A stretch of 64,000 nucleotides of DNA from Octopus vulgaris (GCA_951406725.2 OX597815.1:204848001-204912000), one strand, 5' to 3'; positions 28,026 through 41,290 are shown, counted from the first letter of the stretch. Notes: generated by a model from the sequence alone, not told the origin. Numbers and translations are program-made.

Positions 28026-28245
28026 GGCGGGGAGCTGGCAGAAACGTTAGCACGCCGGACGAAATGCTTAGCGGTATTTCGTCTGCCGTTACGTTCTGAG
28101 TTCAAATTCCGCCGAGGTCGACTTTGCCTTTCATCCTTTCGGGGTCGATAAATAAAGTACCAGTTTCGCACTGGGGGCGATGTAATCGTATTAATCTCGT
28201 TGTTTGTCCCCTCTATGTTTAGCCCCTTGTGGGTAGTAAAGAAAA
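28026..28245 (+). mobile_element. SINE family C monomer, full length
   Basis: ggcggggagctggcagaaacg...gggtagtaaagaaa; TSD atatatataagagaaag. Confidence 0.9.
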
Positions 28246-28458
28246 ATATATATAAGAGAAAGAAGAATGCGGGTGTTATGCTGAATTTAAGACTAATTCA
28301 CACAATACAAATGTTTTTTCATTCAGTTTTTGTAAATGTTGTTTACATATTCAATTCAAATGACGCCAATTCGAAATGTCTACGAACAAAAGGGGAAAAG
28401 ATATACAGATATGTTTAATTCAGTCCGAAAGAGTTTCAAAACCATCGAGTTTATAGAA

Positions 28459-28536
<78 letters not shown>

Positions 28537-28565
28537 ATATTCGCACACATTCTTCTTCTATTAAG

Positions 28566-29320
28566 AAGTAGATAATCCTTTATTTGAAATTCCGAAATCC
28601 TAAGATTCCCCCATCCCACCCTTTTTTTTTTTTCATATATATCTTTTTAGATGAATGAAACACCACAAACTGAAATTTTCTGAAAGTGCCCCAAAAATGT
28701 TTTCAACCCTTTTGCCTGACCTGTGTATTCACATGTGAGACACAGGACATATTTCCCTGGTGCCCAGACGTCATATGTATAATACACACTCCCACTTTTT
28801 CCAACTACCAGAGTAATTTAAGACATGATAAGAAAGCTTTGTATTACTCATAACGTGTCAACAAGAACTAAGAACTAGCTAAAAGTCTGAAAACAAGCAA
28901 GGACGTTTAGGACGGACTTATGAAAATGCTTTGGACAAGGAAAGGATTAAACAAGGGAAGGAGGTCGTAGCTGAACATAGAATGGGGGGAGTGCGTAAAA
29001 GCTAGTTTCGTGTAGTTGTATCATGAAGCTGTGTAAGTCTAACAGGCGCATTTTCTCTTCATGAAAAGCGAACTGTTCCCAAAGTAGAATTGTTAAATGT
29101 CGTGCGAAATATCGTGGTCTAGCGCCAAATTTGTATCAAATGATCGTGGTAAAAGTATAAGCTGTATTCTGAAATGTAAATGGGTGAGACACAGGTCTCG
29201 TTCCTAAAATCTCCCACTTTATACATGCCTTAATACCCTCCTTTTACCGAAAAGAAAAACAGAATCTGAAATCCGAAATATTTCCTAAACTAAGCATTTC
29301 AGATTAAAGATTATTACCTG
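28566..29320. mobile_element. Possible old pogo/Tigger-like MITE
   Basis: Degenerate terminal inverted repeat ataatcctttatttgaaat ... atttcagattaaagattat. Target duplication not clear. Confidence 0.35.
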
Positions 29321-29822
29321 GAATTCTATTCACGTCTAGGATACTTAACACTTCCCTTTTTCTACCTTCGTCGTGTGATATGCCATACCATGGCAGCAGA
29401 ATGGCAAAGGGAACTTGCTGGATGGTCTTTCATAATTACAAGTGAAAGCCTTTGACGATATCCAGCAACTTGTTAGGGCTCACTTAACACCTCCGATAAC
29501 TTCACATCCAATTCAGAGTTAAACTTAAAAGTGGAAGAACCACAGTTCCCACTAGTCTCAAAAGGTGATAGTAGTAATAGTGACCGAGTAAATCATGGTG
29601 TTTTCGGGATTTCATTAATTCGACTAGTATTGCTGTGACACCCGAGTCTTCTTTGCAATCGACTGTGCCATGTGAAGATTTACTGGCTCCAAAATGATAG
29701 GGAACTCAAATTTTTGATTTAGCAATATTATTGCTCTCTTAGTATCCTGCTGCCATTAAGTTTGTAGGATCGTCATATCCTCAGTTACCTAAGACTTCAC
29801 TACACTAATACCGTATAAAATT

Positions 29823-30214
29823 GTGGAGGCACAATGGCCCAGTGGTTAGGGCAGCGGACTCGCGGTCAAAGGATCGCGGTTTCGATTCCCAGACCGGGCG
29901 TTGTGAGTGTTTATTGAGCGAAAACACCTAAAGCTCTACGAGGCTCCGGCAGGGGATGGTGGTGATCCCTGCTGTACTCTTTCACCACAACTTTCTCTCA
30001 CTCTTACTTCCTGTTTCTGTTGTACCTGTATTTCAAGGCCGGCCTTGTCACTCTCTGTGTCACGCTGAATATCCCCGAGAACTACGTTAAGGGTACACGT
30101 GTCTGTGGAGTGCTCAGCCACTTACACGTTAATTTCACGAGCAGGCTGCTCCGTTGATTCGGATCAACCGGAACCCCCATCGTCGTAACCGACGGAGTGC
30201 TTCCATTCCATTCC
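29823..30214 (+). mobile_element. tRNA-derived SINE (family A), full length
   Basis: (ttcca)n tail; 13-bp TSD accgtataaaatt. Confidence 0.92.
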
Positions 30215-30822
30215 ACCGTATAAAATTATATATCTGGGCATCTAAACAAATAGCAATGGAAAAATGTCAATCTTCGGGGCTAAGGAGGTTGTCGACAGCT
30301 AATGAAATGAATTTTCCGATCCAAGACACCTGGTTGAGAGAATTCAATATCTATCAATATAGCCGACATTTTCAACGTGCAGATCAGCAGCCTCTTTACG
30401 ATGTTGTTTCATGGTCTCTGTTTCTCTTTCAGCTCAGGAACGGATCCATGTGCGAATGCCCGCTTTGAAACTGGGGCCCTCTATATCCTAGGATGAGGAT
30501 TCAACTGTTATGGCAGTAGGAGTATGGAGAAAAGACACAAAGCTAATCATGGAGAGGTCAAGTAACAAGGAGAATCTTAGACTGTCATATCTTTTTACAT
30601 TTAGATCAAGTTAGATCAAACAGATCGAGGTTGGTAATGCAAAAAAAAAAAACAACAATCCCACTTCAAAGAATCAGATTGGAGAAAATTGACGGTCGAT
30701 CGGCATAAAGGATTGTAGTACATCCTGTGACAGAGGTTGAAGCTGTTTCGATACGAGAAGAAGCCTGATGCGATTCTATATTTCCAAAGATTGTCGGCCA
30801 TGTGTGACAAAAAATATATGGA

Positions 30823-31230
30823 TTAAGGGGACTTAAAATCCAACTTCATCTTTCTGGAACATAAAAAGAAAGGGATTACGGAGTATGATGTTTCCTGGTA
30901 ATCCTTATGTGAGTGTTTGAGAGCAAGAAACTCGCTTGTGGCTTCATTAAATTCGAGAATGGGTTTAGTAAGAGAATGAGTGAAACGTTGCGAAGCTTCG
31001 ATGACATTAAGACGGTTGTCACCCAGGAAAACATCGTCGAAGAACCACATTTTGTATTCTGTGCCAGCGAATTTGGTAATGTCGTCAATGACTGGTGAAA
31101 ATGGAGCAAGCACCAAGGAATCTATTTCTTTGCCGTAGTCCACATTCGAACAAAATTTGATGGTCACAGATAAAAAGTTAAAAGCGACGGAAATATGAGC
31201 TCAAAACTTGTTGATGAGATTATCGAAACC
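30823..31230 (-). mobile_element. Old CRE-clade-like reverse transcriptase relic
   Basis: FSPVIDDITK...KMWFFDDVFLG...LEFNEATSE aligns by eye to the CRE-type W(Y)LDD motif and the downstream LxLNxxKxE. Confidence 0.5.
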
Positions 31231-31283
31231 TATGGGCGGCATGTCTCGACTTGTAAAGTTTTCTTTTCATCCGGCTGTATAAA

Positions 31284-31932
31284 CTATAATAACGAACTCT
31301 GTCACATAAATAAGCTTACTGCATAAACGTCATCCTTGCATTCCAACTGGACACCGACTGACAATTGTGTGAGTAATAATAATAAAAATATGGTAAGGTT
31401 CGAGAAACAAGAATGATGGGTGACAAAATGGCTGCCCTCGGACATACAGTCAGCCATTCTCACCAGCTTCGTTGTTGAAATAAAAAGTATCACAAGCGTA
31501 TCAAAGGAGGATGTATTGAATTCGTTACAAAGGAATGTATGTTTGGGAGTGTGAAAGAGCTGCCTTGCATCTTTCATATTCCATTCCCACACTTCGCAAA
31601 TTATGGTTAATTTTAGCTTTTTGAAATTGATTCACAAAGAATGTTTGGCCAAAAATGATTGAATAATCGAACAGAAGGCCGCTTGGAGAAAAATTTTAAC
31701 GGAATAAATCAGAAGAGCGCCTGCGCGCGTGTGCATCTGCGTCTGTGAGGAACAGATAATGAGAGAATAAGAAAATTACAAGAAGTTACTTTGTTACCCA
31801 TCATTCTTGTTTCTCGAACCTTACCATATATTTTTTTTATTACTCACACAATTGTCAGTCGGTGTCCAGTTGGAATGCAAGGATGACGTTTATGAAAGAA
31901 GCTTCTTTATGTGACAGAGCTCGTTGTTATAG
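31284..31932. repeat. Inverted repeat (arms about 145 bp, about 360-bp spacer)
   Basis: 31284-31427 is the reverse complement of 31790-31932 with few differences. Confidence 0.9.
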
Positions 31933-31960
31933 AAAAGTACAAGAAGTTACTTAAGAAAGA

Positions 31961-32209
31961 GGATCGGACACACACTGCGGAAAGAACCCTCAAATGTGAC
32001 ACGACAAGCACTTGGCAGGAATCCGCGGGAGAAAAGGAAGCGAGGACGCCCAAAGCAGACATGGAAGCGGAGCATTTTGGACGAACTCAGGACCACCGGC
32101 CTGATATGGGAAGAAGCAGCCATGAAACACGCCAATGACTGCAAAAAGTGGAAGACAAGTTTTGAGGCTCTATGCTCTACAAAGGGCAAAAGGGATTAAG
32201 AAGAAGAAG
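31961..32209 (+). mobile_element. 5'-truncated RTE-clade LINE with TSD
   Basis: IGHTLRK...KRKRGRPKQTWKR...ALCST*, (AAG)n tail, 12-bp target duplication acttaagaaaga (31949-31960 and 32210-32221). Confidence 0.9.
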
Positions 32210-32357
32210 ACTTAAGAAAGAAAGTAAAGGTAAACAAAAGTAAAGGTAAACAAAAGATAGTAAAGGTAAATAAAAAGATTACAAGAGAGTTAGAAAGAGA
32301 AAGTGGAGGGGGAAAATAAAACGTGTTTGTGGAATGCAAAATGGCAAACGCCTGTCC

Positions 32358-32407
<50 letters not shown>

Positions 32408-32490
32408 ATTTATAGTCGTGTAATAATGTTTGTATAATAACGTATAAATGATGAAATCACACTAATCCTACCCGTTATATTTTTGTTTAG

Positions 32491-32808
32491 GAACGCATTG
32501 GTTGTGGGAAGTAACCTGTATGCTGATTGAGGGCAAAGCAGAACGCTTGCAACTAGAAAAAGAACATTACATGATTGAAAACAGCAGCTCGAAAACATTA
32601 GACAGCTTGAAAGAGCCGCGTGTATTAAATGCACACGTTTATATCGAGCAAGTTCCCGAATGCCTTCTTGAAAATAATAAAATAATCTTGATTTCCCGCA
32701 ACCCCAAAGATACTGCTGTCTCCTGGTATAACCACAATGTTGCTGACCTGGAAACGGATTACACTGGAAAGTTTCCTGCCTTTTACGAATTGTTTAGAGT
32801 TGGAAACG
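32491..32808 (+). CDS. Cytosolic sulfotransferase, coding exon 2
   Basis: Acceptor ttttgtttag| at 32490. Encodes (G)THWLWEV...PRVLNAH (catalytic His)...SRNPKDTAVSWYNH (3'-phosphate-binding motif)...FRVGN. Donor g|gtaagt at 32809. 318 nt, phase 1-1. Confidence 0.95.
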
Positions 32809-33172
32809 GTAAGTAAATAATATGGCTATGTATTTGTATGTGTGTGAGCTCAGCTGGACGAATTGATAGATTTCAAATATTTCGTTAAATTTGGATTCAG
32901 CGAGGGATTTGTAGAATCGTTAGAGCATTAAATAAAACGTCTGGTATTTTGTTACTGCTCTTTAAGATTTCTGTTTAAGTCCCATCGAAATCAACTTTAC
33001 CTTTCATGTTTCTGATGTACATAAAATAAAATGCCAGTCAAGCATGTGAAGGAATTCGTATTATAGCTGTCCATATGCCCTTTGAGAGATAGAAAACTCC
33101 GATGTTTCAAGCAAAACCCTTTCTCAGAGATAGGGCATATGTCTTTTCTTTTATATATATATACTTTTGAGA

Positions 33173-33561
33173 GTGGAGGCGCAATGGCCCAGTGGTTAGG
33201 GCAGCGGACTCGCGGTCATAGGATCGTGGTTTCGATTCCCAGACCGGGCGTTGTGAGTGTTTATTGAGCGAAAACACCTAAAAAAGCTCCACGAGGCTCC
33301 GGCAGGGGATGGTGGTGAACCCTGCTGTACTCTTTCACCACAACTTTCTCTCACTCTTACTTCCTGTTTCTGTTGTACCTGTATTTCAAAGGGCCGGCCT
33401 TGTCACTCTCTGTGTCACGCTGAATATCCTCGAGAACTACGTTAAGGGTACACCTGTCTGTGGAGTGCACAGCCACTTACACGTTAATTTCACGAGCAGG
33501 CTGTTCCGTTGATCGGATCAACCGGAACCCTTGTCGTCGTAACCGACGGAGTGTTTCCACC
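33173..33561 (+). mobile_element. tRNA-derived SINE (family A), full length
   Basis: 12-bp TSD atacttttgaga / atacctttgaga. Confidence 0.92.
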
Positions 33562-34694
33562 ATACCTTTGAGAAGTTTTGAAGAAGACTATCGATTGTTG
33601 AGTTTAAAAGTCTGGCAAAAATTGATGATTCATATCTAGCTTCTAGCACAAGGATTTCGCTTTTAGCGTAACTAAGGTAAGTAATAAGCCATTTGTCCAG
33701 TCGATCTCACCACCTAAATGATAATTGTTTTTATGCTTTGCGTTATCATATTGTTCTGTTGTTTACTTCCAGTCAAGCCTAGTCGAACAAATCTATAACA
33801 AAAGACATTCCAGTTATGGCCATTCCGTATTTTGGATATACACAGAACTACATTATGTAATATATCCATCATTTCCTTTCTAACGAAAGTGAGCTGTAAT
33901 CTGAAAGCTTGCTCAGGCGTTATGCAATATAACGTGGAAAGCCATTGATGACTCGAGCGTTAAAGTGTCAGAGATTACCAGCTGAAAGTTTGGTAGTTGC
34001 CATGTCACTCGTGTTGCGCTGTTTGTGTACAAAATACATAATCGTTTGTACCATTATATTTGTTTTAAGAATATTTTTATGGTTTATTCTATCGACCTTG
34101 ATTTCTGTGAGAACTCTGTTAATTTTTGAGGAACGATGAAAAACAAAACACAGTTCTTGTTTGCTGTTAATCGTTTTTGAGGCCTTGCAAGTATCCCATG
34201 TGAACGTGGGCGAATTTGCTTACAATTAAGCTGACCTTTCGAAGAATTTCTCATGAGACCAGATCCCTCTCGTGTCTGCGCGTAATATCTGTATTCAGAT
34301 TACTCAATTATAATAATAAGTGGCGGATCGTGGTTATGATTCCTCATTGTAAATAGTAACATCAGTTTAAAATTGACGAATATGTCATAAGTATTCATGA
34401 TTTTATTGTATAGTCATGTGTATCATAGTTGTAGCTGTTGTCTCAAACGCGAAGATGGAGATTTCGGGTTTTTATATAACCTGAATGATACATATTTGTT
34501 AAAATATAGTGGAAGTAATCTGAATGACACTTATATCAAGGCACAGAGGAAGTAAATGCCTCTCGCTTTCACAAATTGATTACGAAAATGTTGGGCTTCG
34601 ATCTGCTAAAAACTAGCCAAATTACTCTCAAATCTCATCCTACTTTTTAGAAAAGAGGAGACTACTTTAGATCTCTCTATATATATAAAAAATA

Positions 34695-34966
34695 ACCTTA
34701 CCCGTAAAATTAGCATATAAGTGGCTGAGCACTCCACAGATAGGCGTACCCTTAACCTAGTTCTCAGGGAGATTCAGCATGACACAGAATGTGAAAAGAC
34801 TGGTCCTCTGAATTACAGGTACAACTTATTTTTGACAGCTGGATGGACTGGGGCAATGTGAATTAAGGTATCGTGGTCAAGGACACAACGCACCGTCGGG
34901 AATCGAACTCACGGCCTTATGATCATCAGCGGAATACCCCCTAACCACTGAGCCACACGCCTTCGC
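34695..34966 (-). mobile_element. Older tRNA-derived SINE sharing the family A 3' module
   Basis: Minus strand has tggctcagtgg (A box), gagttcgattcc (B box) and ...gtggagtgctcagccactt. Confidence 0.7.
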
Positions 34967-35215
34967 AATATAAGAGAAGTATTCACAGCTGGAATGAGTT
35001 TGATCATAGGTCTGTTTGATCAGCAAAATGTATGTTACAAAAAATAAATTCATATCTTTCCTGAAAGGTAAAAGTGATTCCTTAGAAGTTCGTTTGGAAC
35101 CTAAATTTAATCTAAATCACTGAACCACAACCGAAGAACAGACACAAAATGGATAAAATTAAGGACAAAATTCATCAGCATATTTAGACAGTTTAATGCT
35201 TAAAATTATAACAAA

Positions 35216-35612
35216 CTAGCAGTATCGCCCGGCGTTGCTCGGGTTTGTAAGGGAAATAACTATATAAGCATTTTTAGAGATGTAAAGTATAATAGCCATC
35301 TCAATATGGTTAACCACAAAGTGGGGTGTTACTGTAGCTTTTTACGTTCTGAGATTTAATAATACATTTTTAGAGAGTTACTTCCCTTATATAATAGCAA
35401 AAAATGCATTAAAAATGGGAAAAAATGATGGTAATTTTTTTTTTTAATCGTAGACTCGTCGTAGACGCGCGCTAATACCCAGAAGGGCTCGATATGAATC
35501 ACGACTATAAGATACCCGGTTTTGGTTAAACTGCACCGCAAAATGTGGGAGTAGTTAGGAATCTAAATCGTGGGAGACAGACAGCACACAACCTCACTTT
35601 TATATATAAAGA
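35216..35612 (-). mobile_element. Non-autonomous Helitron, same family as 51986-52382
   Basis: Reverse complement has A|TCTTTATATATAAAAGTGAGG...cccgagcaacgccgggcgatactgCTAG|T. Near-identical to the intron-4 copy except in the middle segment. Confidence 0.9.
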
Positions 35613-36696
35613 TATGAACTTGTGGTAAACTATCTAAATATAACTTTGAGTCTTAATAAAGACAACATTTATCCATATGATAAATTGAATGAAGGCACAA
35701 TCAACATGAATATAGGCTCCAACGAATCATCGCTAATAATTAAACATATTAAGGCGGCGAGCTGGCAGAATCGTTAGCACACCGGGCATTTAGTGTCATT
35801 TCGTCTGTCTTGACGTTCTAAGTTCAAATTCCGCCGAAGTCGACTTTGCTTTTCATCCCTTCGAACTCGATAAAATAAATACTAGTTGAGCACTGGGGTC
35901 GATGTAATCGACTTACTCTCTCTCCCACCCCCGAAATTACTGGCTTTGTGACAAATTTTGAAATCAATATTTAAACATATTAAGGCGGCAAGCTAGTAGA
36001 ATCGTTAGCACAGCAAGCAAAATGCTTAGCGGCATTTCGTCTGTCTAAATGTTCTGAGTTCAAATTCCACCGAAGTCGACTTTGACTTTCATCCCTTCGG
36101 GCTCGATAAAATAAGTAAAAGTTAAGTTCTAGGGTCGATGTAATCGTTTTATGCCATCCCCCGAACCTGCTGTCCTAGTGCCAAAATTTGAAACCAATAG
36201 TTAAGCATATTGCTAGGCAGATCTCCAATCTATCATCAGCTAAGAATATTTTCGACAATGTCGGCCCATGTTACAAAATTATATAGTTCGATTCACTATG
36301 TATTATAACCATATCTATCTAGGTACTTCTTAACCATGATAAATATTCACTCTTACATCCTCTAAAAGTCACAAAATCTTTAATAAGAATCCGAGCAAGT
36401 AAGTAATAGCTATTTATGAAGAGTGTTCCAAATATTTAACCATAATAAAATAGCTAGAAACAGTATGCGAGAATCCAGGTAAGAATGCAACTTTTGAACT
36501 ATAACCAATTGTCCCCTACATAATACATACTACAAAAAAGAACTGGTATACAGAGCAAATTTTTCAGATGCGGGAGTAAATAAAGAACTTACATCAGCCT
36601 TACCAAGAACGTATATAATACCCGATTTAGGGGGAAAAAAACCTCCGTTTAGACGCAAGAATAAGCGAATTTCAATGTCAGTGCTTAGATAGATAA

Positions 36697-36731
<35 letters not shown>

Positions 36732-37044
36732 CATACATACATACATACATACATACATACATACATACATACATACATACATACATACATACATACATAC
36801 ATACATACATACATACATACATACATACATACATACATACATACATACATACATACAGAAAGACAGACAGACAGACAGACATACGTACATACACATACAT
36901 ACAGATATGTGTGTGCGTGTGTGTGTGTGTGTGTGTGTGGTAGCTAAAAGGCCGAGGAACTGAAAACCTCCTCTTAATGAATTGAAGAATAACCACAAAA
37001 TCATATAAATATAGGGCAGTCTCAAATGTAACTTGGGTGACAAA

Positions 37045-37968
37045 ATATTCTTCTCTAATCTATGCACAAGGTGCGAAATTTTGGGAGCAACTGGTACTTA
37101 ATTTATCGACCCCGAAAGGATGAAAGGCAAAGTCGACCTCAGCGGAATTTGAACTCAGAACGTAAAGACAGACGAAATACTTATTTCTTTACTACCCACA
37201 AGGAGTTAAACACAGAGGGGACAAACAAGGACAGACAAACGGATTAAGTTGATTATACCGACCCCAGTGCGTAACTGGTACTTAATTTATCGACCCCGAA
37301 AGGATGAAAGGCAAAGTCGACCTCGGCGGAATTTGAACTCAGAACGTAGCGGCAGACGAAATACCTATTTCTTTATTACCCACAAGGGGCTAAACACAGA
37401 GGGGACAAACAAGGACAGACAAACGGATTAAGTTGATTATACCGACCCTAATGCGTAACTGGTACTTATTTTTAATCGACCCCGAAAGGATGAAAGACAA
37501 AGTCGGCCTCGGCGGAATTTGAACTCAGAACGTAGCGGCAGACGAAATACCTATTTCTTTATTACCCACAAGGGGCTAAACACAGAGGGGACAAACAAGG
37601 ACAGACAAACGGATTAAGTTGATTATACCGACCCTAACGCGTAACTGGTACTTATTTAATCGATCCCGAAAGGATGAAAGACAAAGTCGGCCTCGGCGGA
37701 ATTTGAACTCAGAACGTAGCGGCAGACGAAATACCTATTTCTTTATTACCCACAAGGGGCTAAACACAGAGGGGACAAACAAGGACAGACATAGGTATTA
37801 AGTTGATTATACCGACCCTAATGCGTAACTGGTACTTATTTTTAATCGACCCCGAAAGGATGAAAGGCAAAGTCGACCTCGGCGGAATTTGAACTCAGAA
37901 CGTAGCGGCAGACGAAATACCGCTAAGCATTTCGCCCGGCGTATTAACGTTTCTGCCAACTCGCGCCT
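37045..37968 (-). repeat. Tandem multimer of SINE family C (184-186-bp period, about 5 units)
   Basis: Junctions at 37174, 37358, 37544 and 37728. Only the 5'-most unit (ending 37968) keeps the head. Confidence 0.92.
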
Positions 37969-38524
37969 TATGAGTGACAAAATATTGACTCTGCTCTGTC
38001 ATGTTCTACTTTGATGAAAGGGAACTACTTATTGTTGATTCACCAAGAAATTCAGGTGGCGAACTTTTAGCCATATTTCTCCTCCAAATTCAAGTCAGCA
38101 AACTATGTTCCACCCATGACACAGCATCCCGGATTCTTGGCATATCCCCGACTCACACCCATCATTACTGATGCTCTTCCATAACTCGCCCAAACCACTT
38201 TGACACCCTTTCTTTTCTAACTTTCCTTCACTTTATCTCTCTCTTTTCTTCTTTTTTCTTTCCTCTTCTTGTGCCGTCGACCCATTTTTATCCAGTTCTC
38301 TCGTAACTCATCGATACTGTATATACCTTAAAGGATACTGGACTGTCTAAAGGCTGTCTGGAATATGTAGGAGCTCTCCTCACTACGTAGTGGCTATTCT
38401 GAATGTATAGCTGTGTTAACTCTCGCGTATCATATCTCAAAAACTTACGAACATTGATGCAAATATTGGTTTCAAATGGGTTCAAATTATGACATAAGGC
38501 CATCAATTTTAGTCCGTTACTTAA

Positions 38525-39006
38525 CCCCTTGACGCCGGTATTACCCGACCCGAAGCATGCGAGACACTGCTCCGGGTTTTTTTTTTTTTTTATCTAATGG
38601 GCCCACACAAACACACAAGTGCCAACGAGCTCGCGTCTATTTACGTTCACCGCTACAATAACATAGCGTCGTACATTTAACGTCTACCGGTTTATGAAAA
38701 CGAACTGTGTGGAGCTATTTATCATAAAATGACATGCACGGTATTATGCATGTCAAGTATCCACATGTCATTGGTCTACTGCTAGTCTCATGACTTGAAC
38801 ATAACCTAAAACAGCTAAGATAAGGCACGAGACGGCGAGCGCGCGTACCTCAAGAGATAAAGTACACGATAGCGAAGGTAAACATACGTCAGCCGCTAAA
38901 AAGTCCGTGATAGATGTAGGGCAGCTCTACATCGTATATTTACGTTAACCGCGGGTAGGCAAGCAAAAGTTGTGATCGCATATTTGCGTCAACCGTTGTC
39001 AAGGGG
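38525..39006. mobile_element. piggyBac-type MITE nested in a SINE
   Basis: TTAA|ccccttgacgccggt ... accgttgtcaagggg|TTAG (13/15 TIR match). SINE sequence continues on both sides. Confidence 0.8.
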
Positions 39007-39720
39007 TTAGATTCCAGTGCTTATCTAGTATTTATTTCATTGACTCCCGAAATAATGAAAGGCAAAGTCGACCATGACGGCTTTTGAGCTCAGAACATAA
39101 AGACGGACGAAATGCTGCTAATCATTTTGACCGGGGTGGTAACGATTCTGCCAAGCTCGCCGCCTTAATTTGAGGCAAATATTAAACAGTACAGTTTTTC
39201 GACAGGATCTGTAGAACATGCGAATATTCCATCACTTGCAGTTTAACTGGACTTTACATTATACTTTTGAAATTTATACCGGAAATTATTTATAAACTTG
39301 GGATCTTTTCCTGTTGATGGACGGAATTTCTAGTTAACTAAACAATTTGAAACTTCGTATACTGGTAGAATGTGTCAAAAGAAAACATTAATTTCACTTG
39401 ACTTTTTTGAAAAAATTGTAATTTGTAAGTTTTACGCAGTTTCAAATTGTTTAGTTAACTAGAAATTCCGTCCAAAAATTTCTAGTTAATCAAAAAACTT
39501 GCTTTTTGATTATTTAATTGCTTAACTCAAAACCAATATGGCGTCAGTGCTTTTAATTTGGCTGCGATGTAAGAGCATGGTCTTCGTATCTTCGTATATG
39601 ATTTCTATAATTGCACAAGCCACAGCAGCCCGCTCTGTAAAGCAAGCTTGTGATACTGTATATATGAATGAGACGAGATTCTAATGTATACATTTTATGT
39701 ATCTTAACATTCATATTACA

Positions 39721-39760
<40 letters not shown>

Positions 39761-39944
39761 CGTGAGAGAGAGAGAGAGTGCGTGTGTGTGTACGTATGAG
39801 AGTGCGTGTAAAGTATGCATCGTTAGTTCGTGTACATTTCAATACAAATATAATGAACACAAGCAGCTATGTATATTATACATAAATAATGCAATGGTAC
39901 GAATTACCAAACCTTCTGCAGATAATTCGATAATTTATGTACCC

Positions 39945-40480
39945 CTAGCAGAATTGCCCGGCGTTGCTCGGGGCTGAATTGCTTGAAAGTACTGTTAATG
40001 ATTGCACTGAATTATGATGATTATTCAGGCAAATATTGATATAAGTTTACGGCGAATGAATGTATTTGTAAGTGTATAGAAAGCCGTGTAAAGGGGTGTG
40101 CTGTTACAAAACTTCATGCTGTGTTAAAGAGAATGGATTAGCAGTTTTCCGAATTACCTAAATCCCGAGCTAACAACGTAGTGTTTTGTGTTTTACCTGT
40201 TGCATCTTGTGTTTTGCATTTCTACCGGGCTATATGAAAGAGGCAGTGGTGTATGTTATGGGTAAGTCACGAACAGTCTATAAGTGCAGGGGAAAACTCA
40301 CGAGAAGATCACTGAATAAAAGAACTCTTCTGTCGCTTTAAATTTTACTGAACCAGCGTTTAATCAAGATATTTGGCATCATTCTGATTCTGCCAGCTTC
40401 AACCATATTTTATAAACCGCGAGTAAAGCCTACGAACATTGAACGTAGAACTCTTAGAAATAGCAGAGTGCTAGGACACT
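39945..40480 (-). mobile_element. Helitron 3' portion (5' limit uncertain)
   Basis: Minus strand ends cccgagcaacgccgggcaattctgCTAG. Confidence 0.6.
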
Positions 40481-40788
40481 TTCTCTATTTCTTCCCTATA
40501 TTGCTTAAATTGTCAATTACGTTTAATTGGAGGAACTTGAAATTTTGTGTCAAATTCCAGTTCTGATATCCAGTACTTCGTAATTCGCCTCGCTTTATGA
40601 ATAAAAGGAAGGTTCTCGTATTAATATTCCTAATGTTGTGATACAACGAGATCAAATCGATATTTGTACTGTCTTCTGTTAATATTGTCTGTTCTCGTCT
40701 AAGATGGAAGTCCAGCATGGCGGACTGGACGTTGTATTTTATTCTTTGATGTATCTTGAATTAACCACTTTAATCAATTGCTTTCAAA

Positions 40789-40837
<49 letters not shown>

Positions 40838-40986
40838 CATACACACATATATATACATATACATACATACATATATATATATATAATATATATATATATA
40901 CATATATACATATATATACATATACATATATGTATGTATATATATATATGTACATATACACATACATGCATACATACATATATGTT

Positions 40987-41023
<37 letters not shown>

Positions 41024-41199
41024 TTACACACACACATGTATATATACATATATGTACATATACATATTCACATACACACATATATGTACATATATATATA
41101 TATATATACATACATACATACATACATACATACATACATACATACATACATACATACATACATACATACATACACATACATATATTTATCTATATATAC

Positions 41200-41290
41200 C
41201 TCGACACCGAGATATGGATGCTGAAATGTCAAAGAAAATAAGGGCAGGATGGAAGGCATTTAACTCAATAAAGGATGTGCCCAAAAAAAC
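41200..41290 (+). mobile_element. RTE-clade LINE fragment
   Basis: [23 protein letters not shown] resembles the post-RT E(I)xxRIxxGWxAF motif. Confidence 0.55.

Noticed and set aside
37045-37968. CRISPR-like regularly spaced array
   Set aside because: Whole ~185-bp units repeat with no unique spacers, the unit is a dispersed SINE, the DNA is eukaryotic and there are no cas genes.
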